Positions 14,701 to 24,476 of a DNA stretch of 64,000 nt are shown piece after piece. Both the position numbers and the translations under genes were made by a program. The notes beneath the pieces were generated by a model, which was given only the letters and a program-made list of their open reading frames with translations, ran no database searches and was not told the DNA's origin. Each line of letters opens with the position of its first letter. Within the stretch, counting starts at the first letter, position 1. Origin of the DNA: Tubulanus polymorphus. Its lineage: Eukaryota > Animalia > Nemertea. The stretch is taken from positions 19,440,150 to 19,504,149 of the forward strand of contig NC_134026.1 in the NCBI RefSeq assembly GCF_964204645.1, given 5' to 3'.

Positions 14701-17700
14701 TGTTCAGCGTTTCGCAACTTTTCATATAGTCATTGATTTTTCTTTGAGACTGTAATATCTGACACTTCTCACAGACATAAAGGCCATTTTCTTTTTCGCC
14801 TGGTCTGAAATGAATAATTCATGATGAAAGGTAAGAGACCCGTTAAATGACAATGTAAGCCTTTCAGATCATCGATAAAGTGTGTACGTATAGTAGTGGT
14901 ATCAAATATCTAACCCCTCAATTTACTTACAAGTTCTCCCATTCTTTTTGAAGTTTTGGTATGCCCCGCTTGGCCGTGCAAAACCTTTCTACTTAATCAT
15001 CTTAGAACCCCAGACTCAGAATTGGGTTTTTACTGCATATGCTGAACTTAATGGACAGCAAATAAAGCAATTGGATGCATATGCTGAATGCTATACAAAG
15101 TACTTGTATCTGCATGAATATCCCAGCGAAGCAGGCATGGACCATCGAAATAATACCACACAAAAAATTCCAGATAATTCTGTATATGTAGGGTAGGAAC
15201 TCTTTGCCTGCCTTTTCAAGAAGTGCTGCCCTTTCGCCAGGATTTCAGTGTTCTTCGGGAATCAATATAATAAGAATATTTTCATCAAATTGGTTTTAAT
15301 TGCTTTTTCAGGTCGAATTAGTAGCATTTCTTCTTAGATTTACAGTCTGTTGCAATCAACAGAACAGAAGTGTATTTTGCAGGTTTTGAATAGATATGCT
15401 ACATCCTTGGAATTCCACGTATCTTTCAAACCCTGCAGGGCCTCTGCTTTCTATTCTTTGCGATTGTCTACTTACTAGCATAAGGCATGAAACTTACAGG
15501 TATTTTGCATGACTTCACAAGAAACAACTTTTAGAAACAAGTCAACCATACCAGTGTGGTTTTGGCAGACAAGTTTCAGTCGTACCAGTACGTGTTTGGC
15601 AGGCAACAACGAGTTAATGAAATGAAATGGGTAAATACACTGGCATGTATGATACTTACTTGTTTTTCTGAAGCGTTTCCTTCAGATGTATAACGGCGTG
15701 AATGATGGCAACGATATATACGAAAAACACGGGTAAACATGGCAGGATGAAAGGGAACTGAGAGAAGAAACCTCCTGCTGCAAACGTATTCGGGTATTTC
15801 TCGACGGGCTGGGCTAGAAATCCTGTAAAACATGAATACTAAAATATTTGTACGTTGTGCATGTAAAAGAGTTTGATAAAATTACAAACGAAAAGAAAAT
15901 ACAATGTTATTTTTTTGGTATTTCCGGAAATGATATGGTGTCCCTTATAAGTGATAGTTTTGTTGTACGGCATGTTATTAAATCTTAGGTTTCTCATTAT
16001 TGTGATAGAATCATAATCACAGGGGCTTATCACATTTGATAATGTATTTGTCCACTCTGAATGACCACTTTCCCTATAAAGTATATATAAAATTATTATT
16101 ATCTTTAAATCTATATGTATAGGAATGTGATAAGCCCCTGCAATCGCCAAGTAGAATTATACAATGTTCATAGTAACAGTTTTTAAATCGAAATTTAACG
16201 TACCAGATATCGCAGGTCCAATCATTTTGCCACATCCAAATCCGAGCACCATAATCGAAATATAAGCACCTTGATTGGAGTTGTCGGATGATTCGTAAAT
16301 AACAGCTTTGATCACCCCGATCACTCCTGAAAAACAAAGAAACAAAGTTTCCATGATGGACAATCTTAGCTGACATGCAAACCAAATTCATCCAGAACAA
16401 ACTTTCATCATCCTCGCTTGGCAGGGATTTGAACCAGACAGCATTGCGCAACTCTGTTGATGAAACCTGCCACAGTACCTCCAATGAGATGGTATGTTCA
16501 ATCACAAATAAATGGATAGCTATAAATTGAATATTACAGGCTTAAAAGAAACTTGATTTGTGATTGGCTAATCATGATATCAGGGCTAAGTGCGCAAATA
16601 GCTGCGCGTTAGGGCTAATCAGGCAAGGTTTCATGCCTTGGTTGAGTCTAAATGCCATAAGGTTCAAATCCATGGTGCCTTATGATGTCATCAAATGCCA
16701 CGACTAAGATATTTTTGGAACTAACCCATGTGGATACATGGATATAAAATAAAACAAACATCGCCTAACACTATATTTGATGAGATTTATGAACTGATAA
16801 TACTGTTACTTTCCTTGTCTTTGACTGATTTAAACCATCTTACTACTGTACAGAAAAGTACTGATTTTCAAGATCAAAGACTCTTATTTTGCTTTGACTT
16901 AAAATGTGGCTGAAGCAATAAAGTGTCTCCAATGATTGCGTGCATGGATTTCAAAAATGGAAAATAAAAATCACCATATGTTAATCCAAAGAAAAATCTG
17001 TTTATGAGAGCAATGATCATTGTCGGGCAAAATCCAAATGTGACTGTCGTCAATGTTTGTAGAGCGAGTGTGATGAGTATGATGGGACGTCGACCGACTC
17101 TGTCAGATAACCAACCCCAGAAATAACTGAAAATATTAACAAACAAGCTCAAAATGATATCGTCGCAAAGCTCAATCCGCTGGGTCCCACCTGATTCTGG
17201 GTTGTGTCATGGTGGATGGGTAGATCATCCTTGGCTTTAGAAGGCTGGGTAATGCTCATAGCATATTCTATACTATAATGATTTTTGTAAAAGGTCTTTG
17301 CAATGATTTCAAGTCGGTTAAAAATGTGTTGATCCTTAGACAGTATATCTATCATATTATCGATCATATTCTACTAAAACCTTGCACGTAATGAACTCTT
17401 ACCTGGCCATAACCCTTCCTCCGTACATCGCAAATAACAAAATTCCTACGTAGTAACCTTTATCTTCTTCTTTATGTCCAATGAACTATCATGAAAGTTA
17501 CATTTTATGTAGTACGCACATCGGGACTAGCGGCGAAACATTGTGGTAAAAGTTTTTGTAAGAGTCAAACCCTGATCTAACGTGCGAATAAACCGAAACA
17601 TTGTGGTAAAATATAACCCTGATCTAACGTGCGAATAATGTGATAAGTTGACTAGAAAATGTTTGTGTTAAGAGGATAATCTTTATGATTAGAATCAGTT

Positions 17701-18874
17701 TTTCCTGAAGCATAAGAATCAAAATCATACAAAGCGCTACTTACCAAAATGTAGGCAGGCAAAAAGGAGGACATGAAGCTTATTGACATTGCCGTTGCAA
17801 ACTGTAATAAATCATCGGTATTTCTTCTGGGGTCATTTGCTCAGAAGTTGGTTTAAGATAATCAGGATAGTTGACGTAGTGACAATTCAGATTTCATTGT
17901 TATTATCGTACTTATCCGCCAGTTAACCAACTTTTGAGCAACTGGTCCCTGGATTTCTTATGAACTGAGTCAATTTTCGTAAGTTCCAAATGATTTGGAT
18001 TAAGTGAAATTTAGCATTTAGTGACGTAGAAGTCACAACTGGATTTTTTCTGAAGAACTTGGAATAGCAGAGTTGAAGGAAAAAAATCATGGGGGATTCC
18101 AGACGTCCTTGAATCCCCCCGAGCATTCAGGACTTGGTTCAATAGCTGTTCGTAAAAGTTCGACTCAGGATTTAAAACACTGCATATGAACTAAGGCCTA
18201 TTTCAACTTATGAGAGTCAAACTTCACCAACTGAGTTATCGGTTATTCTACAGCGGGACAGCGGCTTTTTGGATTATAAAATCAATGAAAGATTTCTCAT
18301 GGAATTCTCATGGTGAATTCGAGAGGTACTTGTGAACTATGTTGAAAAAAACCTTCATGATTTCATGAATCTCTTGGTATATTTAGCGTGAATTTCTCGG
18401 TGATTAACAAATCAATTGGGACGGGGACGTTATTTGGTCAAGTTGAATGGTTTATCGGTATAAAATGGCAAGTGAGATTATGTCCTAATGGGTTGATACA
18501 ACTGTAAGGCACTGTTGATTTCATAAAAAGCAATTTTCATGAATTTAACGCGGGAAATTTTAAACTATCCAAAATATGGCTGTGAAATCGTGAATGTCTC
18601 CATTTTCTTCCGTGAAAATGTGAATTCATAGGCCTACCCCTATTAGTCCCACCTGATTCTACTATTAGACAGTCCGATATAAATTTTCGGTTGGCTTTCA
18701 GAAGGCTAGCAATTATTCTTTGAAAGGATATATCCATGAAAAAACGAGTAAATAAACTTGCTTAAAACTTACCATTGCCGACAACACTACACCTAGTACT
18801 TTCCAATCTAGGGGAGTAGCACCTTCCCTTGAAAGGCGGCAAAGCCCGATCAATTTGGCTTTGACAGACGCCAT
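8796..18874 (-). CDS. ZIFL (zinc-induced facilitator-like) MFS transporter, paralogue 1, 594 aa; exons 18874-18773, 17801-17745, 17485-17403, 17126-16975, 16326-16204, 15822-15660, 14804-14349, 13797-13691, 13261-13143, 12146-12073, 11498-11337, 8982-8796
   Basis: Twelve GT-AG exons sum to 1785 nt in frame. MFS motif A (WGWLSDRVGRRP) and the ZIFL signature GPAISGFLAQPVEKYP...FPFILPC. Exon sizes match paralogue 2. Confidence 0.9.
9126..9836. mobile_element. PIF/Harbinger-type MITE
   Basis: TAA on both flanks; imperfect TIR of about 25 bp (AGCCAGGCGTAGGTCGGC / GCCGACCTACGCCCGCCT); GTCGCA-rich subterminal repeats. Confidence 0.75.
9903..10583. mobile_element. PIF/Harbinger-type MITE
   Basis: TIR GGCTCGTTCACA...TGTGAACGAG; many subterminal TAGACCGGTCTA-like palindromes. 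Confidence 0.7.
12505..13089 (+). mobile_element. Internally deleted piggyBac transposon
   Basis: TTAA TSD; 14-bp TIR CCCTTTCGCTACGT; retains an acidic N-terminus-like ORF stub (MAARKKVFSANQVLGKIYADDDSEDDDLDD). Confidence 0.85.
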
Positions 18875-19985
18875 ATCAGCTGAATTTCATCTCAAATTTG
18901 GTGATTCTGAAAAGCAGAAGAAAAGCTTTGTACTCAAGGTTCAGGTATTGCTGACTGACAAACTGAGAAAATCTAATCTAAATGTTAAGGCTAGGCAGAT
19001 GCACAAAACCATTGAAAATCTTAGTGCATCACTGCCATTACTAGTGTAGCGGTTGTAGTGTAAACATATAAAATAGTAATTCAGGTAGTGACTGCTGTTG
19101 TCCATAGGTAGCGTAGTCGTAGTCACTCTGCTGTGCCGGGGCGCTCGCTACACGGGTCCGCCTGGGTCGACCGCACTCGGGTAGTGAATACGGCAAGGAG
19201 ACTCTTGTCTTCCCCAGGAAAGTAAATGGTATAAAATATGTAGAATCTGTTCCTCTATTGAAAAATGTCGCTAAAAAGGGCGCTTAAGCAGTACGCTCTC
19301 CTCCAAACAGTCGCCTCCCTACTCCACGTAGCCTTAATCTGTGTGGCCAATACAGACCCCCCAACCCGCTCTCCTCAGAGTAATCCGCTTTAGGGGCTTT
19401 CCTCGGACGAAACTCGCAGTGTTGATTACTCGGCGGATATGGCTACCCCCATTCCAAGTGCCCTCTCGCACATAGCTGTCCCCCGACATCTCAGGAGCTA
19501 ATTGCGACTCATGCCAGATCTGTCAAACTAGTCGTATGCATAAGTGTTGTCCGTAGCGACGGTCAATAGGGGAACGATCCTCACGTAGAACTAAATGGGT
19601 TCGATGCAGCAGGAAAACAAACAGAAATCCTCGTCCTTCCTTCCAGTGCCGGCGAATCAAATAAACGCAAGATTCGAAGTTTGATTGGAATGTAGTACGA
19701 ATTATTAAATATATATATTTTCTTATAATACAAAGTTCATCGTTCTTGATGCCAAGGGGACATCATGTCCACACGCAAAACACCTTGATTATTTACATTT
19801 CGATATATAAAAAGAATGTGCCCTTCATGGCTTGCAAAGCCTTGGTACAGTCAATGTACGGTAGCATACAAAGGAGACGACCGAACGTCGAATAGAAGCG
19901 GTGGCGCGGCGGACTCCGGTGTGTATCTAATATCACTTAGGTCTCAGTAAACGAGCGTCGAAGCTAATCAACGATTAAGATGTTA

Positions 19986-20329
19986 ACGACGGAGCGTCAA
20001 GTAGTTAACGACGAGCGTTGTCGTTAATCAACGATAAGAATTATACGACGGAGCGTCAAATAGTTAACGACGAGCGTTGTCGTTAATCAACGATATGAAT
20101 TATACGACGGAGCGTCAAATAGCTAACGACGAGCGTTGTCGTTAATCAACGATATGAATTATACGACGGAGCGTCAAATAGTTAACGACGAGCGTTGTCG
20201 TCAATCAACGATAAGAATTATACGACGGAGCGTCAAATAGTTAACGACGAGCGTTGTCGTTAATCAACGATAAGAATTATACGACGGAGCGTCAAATAGT
20301 TAACGACGAGCGTTGTCGTTAATCAACGA
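19986..20329. repeat. Tandem array of six 59-bp hairpin-containing units (3' LTR copy)
   Basis: Units start at 19986, 20045, 20104, 20163, 20222 and 20281; consensus stem TTAACGAC-N7-GTCGTTAA. Confidence 0.95.
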
Positions 20330-21449
20330 CTGCGCGCCAAATTCAAAATGTCGGTGACGCGAACTCAAAGAGTCGAAATTCAGAGGCGACGTCAAGAAGA
20401 TGAAACGACCGCGCGTTCGTTCGAAAAAGGAGTTACTGAATACAGGTGATTTTCATGGTCAGCAGAAAGGACATCTCGGAGTAAAATTACGGAAATAGCA
20501 CAGAAGATATAGGCCTACCATACTATTATTATTACTATTACTAATTACAGCGACGAGAGCGTTAAGTCGGCATCGTTAGAGGATTGAATTTAAACAGACG
20601 ATGAACTGACGGAGAATTTACAATATTTACAGGATTGTAAGGGACGAGTTTATCGGCAGCCCATGGCCGACGACTACACGACCCCCGGGTGCGTCGGCAC
20701 TCGGGACTCACTGAGGGCGGGATGTCAAAAACCACTGCAGCGATCCCGGGGTCAGACGACCCGGAGGCCCGTGTCTTAATTAGAGAGTAAAATTGTCTTC
20801 TTACATGATCTGTACGATTTACAGCGTCCGATTCGTAGAACGGTGAAGAGGCAGCAAGAAGAGTTTCTAATGTGGCTCTGCCAGAGCCAAGTTGCCAATG
20901 AGCGCGATTGCGCCAAATTTATAGTTTTAATGCGGTCAACGCACGCGGTGATTGGTCAAGCGTGACGAGCAGTGATACGATCCGCGGACAAAGTAGAGCA
21001 CGCGAAATCATTCGACCGTGACGAATGATAAACCCTAAATAAAGACTTCATACGCGAGAAATAGAATTAAGTTCTATAATATTTTAAGATTAACGCGAAA
21101 AATGACGACTATAAGACCGATACGGAGATATTTACTAAAAATAAACCGGAGCTAACCGCACCACCGCGAAAACGCTCACACGGAAGTGAGGCGGCGCCAG
21201 CGAACGGCGTCGTAAAAACGAGCGTAAACACGAGCAGGGCTGGAGAATTCTCCGGCGACGAGACGGAACCAAAACGGCCCAAAATCAAAGAAGTTGGGTC
21301 TCGAATATAAAAAGGAGAACACACACTAATAGGTAGGTGGGGGATAAAAGAATGGCCTGGACAGGCGCCGAAAAATCGCTAATGTCACCGCGATGTGGCG
21401 TGGCCAACACCGCGGGGGCCTGCCCAGGTCGTGAAATTGGAATCTGACA

Positions 21450-22605
21450 CACAGGGGCTCGTTACGATAGCTGGGGGTCCAAAATCAAAGATTTGACCCA
21501 GTATCCTAGGTACCACCTATAAAAAAAGAAAAGGGAGCTAACATTTTGACATACTAGAATTGACCTTCTCATTTCAATCGCTGATTACTTCGTAACCCAT
21601 CGACCGATTCGCTCGAAATTGGTTTCGTTTCATTCCTAAGAGGTTACTTTTTCGTTTGAGACCTTCCGCGACAAAATCGGATAAGAGACACCCGAGAAAT
21701 CACGACTCAAATCCGAAAAAACGAGTCAAAATAGCCAAAGCCGGAATTACTAGGACGTCTCGGAGTAGTCGATTTCCGACGAAAAACGATGATTTGACGC
21801 GGTTCCCGGACGTTAATCTTCACATATCATACATCGCTGGAAAGCTTATGAACTGACCTTATTGACAGACGCGTTTATTTGATAATCCGTTCCGATACCC
21901 GCGACTGGCGAGCTGATAATCCAGATTGATGCGATAAATACGATTTCCAAGTGTATTCCGGCCGCCATTAACTGCGTGACGTCATGAGAAATCCCAGCAT
22001 GCAACGCTAGATAATTGACATATTCAGTCGACCAATCACGTATCGCGAATTTATCAGTCCTCAGAGCCCGTGACGTCACACCCTCAATGGCGGTTCAGTG
22101 ACGCTTAAAGTGCGTATTTATCGGTTCGGTGCGTATTATCACCTCGCTTGTCGCCGGTTTCGGAACGGATTATCAAATAAACGCATTTTTCAATAAGGTC
22201 AGTTCATAAGCTTTCCAGCGATGTATGATATGTGAAGATTAACGTCCGGGAACCGCGTCAACTCATCGTTTTTCGTCGGAAATCGACTACTCCGAGACGT
22301 CCTAGTAATTCCGGCTTTGGCTATTTTGACCCGTTTTTTCGGATTTGAGTCGTGATTTCTCGGGTGTCTCTTATCCGATTTTGTCGCGGAAGGTCTCAAA
22401 CGAAAAAGTAACCTCTTAGGAATGAAACGAAACCAATTTCGAGCGAATCGGTCGATGGGTTACGAAGTAATCAGCGATTGAAATGAGAAGGTCAATTCTA
22501 GTATGTCAAAATGTTAGCTCCCTTTTCTTTTTTTATAGGTGGTACCTAGGATACTGGGTCAAATCTTTGATTTTGGACCCCCAGCTATCGTAACGAGCCC
22601 CTGTG
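21450..22605. mobile_element. Foldback non-autonomous DNA transposon (possibly P superfamily) nested in the 3' LTR
   Basis: 8-bp TSD ATCTGACA (21442-21449 and 22606-22613); the other LTR has a single copy of this site. Termini CACAGGGG...CCCCTGTG; near-perfect TIRs of about 415 bp. Confidence 0.93.
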
Positions 22606-22825
22606 ATCTGACAGGACTGCCAAAAATCTGTCAGATTGAAATTGAGCCGAAAAGATCCCGAAACATCGCCGCAGAACACCCAGCCCCGCCCCGGAATACG
22701 TACATCTAAAAAGAAACAATGAGAAAAGAACGGCTTAAGGCCATTCCGAAATACATAATATAATTTCACAAAAGACCGACATTTTGTGGTCAAACCCACC
22801 CCAGATATTGACAATTTTCGCCACA

Positions 22826-22845
22826 AAAACCCCCGCCCAGCCTCA
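22826..22845 (-). other. Putative polypurine tract
   Basis: Minus strand TGAGGCTGGGCGGGGG-TTTT immediately 5' of the 3' LTR; G-rich but imperfect. Confidence 0.6.
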
Positions 22846-23160
22846 TACTACGCCTTAAGGCGATGAGGCGAAATGAATTTAAAGAAAATTGGATGTCATA
22901 ATGACAAAAAGCGAAAAAGGCCTAATCAAAAAGCAAGCCCGAAAGTAGAAGACCCGAAAATAGTACAAATTACAATTAATATTACATTTACAGGAAACGG
23001 GGTTCCGAGGTCCCGGCAAGCGGGCGGAGCTGAAGAGAACCGACGAGGGGACCAGGCACTCATCCGGAGTGCTCCGAATCAGCCTCCTCTCGGCCCTCAA
23101 CGACCCCCACCAGATCCCCGGAACATACGGAACACCGTAAAAACAGGTAAAAACAGACCA

Positions 23161-24436
23161 CTAATATACGTAAGGGATCTTGGCGGATTTGCAATCGATG
23201 GCGCACAGGACGCACGGACTGGGCCGACGGTCCAGGCCCCAGGTGGCGACGGGTCCGTGCGGAGTCGGATGTTGGTGTCGCAGGCCAAATACTGCTACGC
23301 GTCGCGGAGTGATCTCGTTCTCGGCGGGAGGCCATTCAATCCCATGGTGGGCTGCGAGGACCCGACACGCTGTGCAGGCGAAGGTTTCGGTAGGAGTCCC
23401 ACAGTATTGATACGCGGTACCCATCGCAGAGGGGTGATAGTGTAATGTCACATGCAGGCTACGGGTGGACGCCGAGCCAACCTCCTCGTCGCGTACAAGC
23501 ATGACGTGCTGGCCCGTGCCAACACCTACCAGTTCGTTCGTTCCTACGATAACTTCTGGCACACCAGCGTCAGCCAGGGCGAGCAGCCGCTGTTCCTCCT
23601 CTTCAATGCTCCTGGTGGGTATCACCGGCGTGATTTGGTTGTTCATCACCTGGAACTTGCCCGCTCCGGCCTCCGTCTCCGCGACGACTATCGGTGCAAC
23701 GACGGGAATGTCGGCCGACGAATTTGGAGAAGTCGCAGAAGGAGGGGCGTCCCCCTTGCTCAAAACGTGGTCAAAATCGGCCGGCATGTCCGGGCCGATA
23801 TCAGACGCGTGTGTCGTCTTCGGTGGCGACGCAATAGGAGTTAACACGGTCGGAGGCGTCGCGATCAGGGGCGGAGATGTTGATATCGGTTGCGGCGCAA
23901 TCTGGGGCGTCGCGATCGGTGTCGGTTTACCGGGTTCAAGCCGAGCTATCGCCTTCCTGGCTTCGAGGTCTCGACGAATCTCTAACCCTATACTGGTCTG
24001 TTGCGCCAGAAAGGCCGAGTCGAGCTGGCGGGCCTCCTCCGCGATGCGGTCGCTTGCAATCATGTTGGCCTTAACGCGTGCCCGATGGGCCCGGTCGGCC
24101 TCGCGTCGCGCCCGACGGTAGTCAGTGTGGCCGGGAGATTCTGAGATGGATAGAGCTGGATCTCGGTCCCACTCCTCAGTGCGCACGATTTTGCGCGGAG
24201 GTGAATTCTCGTCGCCCTCGGTGACGACCTCGTACCCCGGGTCGCGATTGGTCGTTTTTACATGATATTTTCCATGCTGCCGCGCGGAAAGTTTAGTACG
24301 TGAAATACGGCCGCAGTCGCGGCATTTGTAGCTGCGGCCTGCGACAGGCCGCCCCTCACACCCATCAGCATGCGCGTCGATCGCTTCTGAACGGAAATGC
24401 TTATAGCAAAAGCGACATTTAGTCTTGATGCTCGAC
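23161..24436 (-). CDS. Retrotransposon ORF3: zinc-finger/Arg-rich accessory protein, predicted 425 aa from a spliced mRNA
   Basis: Open frame of over 420 codons with CRFC-x11-H-x3-C and CRDC-x12-H-x3-H fingers, RRARREADRAHRARVK, a Pro/Thr linker and C-terminal CTAC...CVLC. A splice acceptor TTGTTATTACAG|G lies at 24437/24436. No AUG precedes the fingers (the track start is TTG). Confidence 0.8.
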
Positions 24437-24476
24437 CTGTAATAACAAAGTTGCAGATTTATATAAGAAAACCAGA

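Larger units (their letters stand above)
19045..22825 (-). repeat. 3' LTR (2617 bp plus a 1164-bp nested insertion)
   Basis: Matches 29585-32201 with no mismatch spotted by eye apart from the insertion. Confidence 0.95.

Noticed and set aside
17534-17638. Short local duplication
   Set aside because: It is an ordinary intronic slippage duplication with no functional signal.
19986-20329. CRISPR-like array of palindromic repeats
   Set aside because: There are no unique spacers, no cas genes, and the context is a eukaryotic LTR; it is a head-to-tail tandem repeat.
21656-22399. Mirror-image 66-aa ORFs on both strands
   Set aside because: They are a by-product of the foldback TIRs, with TTG starts and no transposase motifs.
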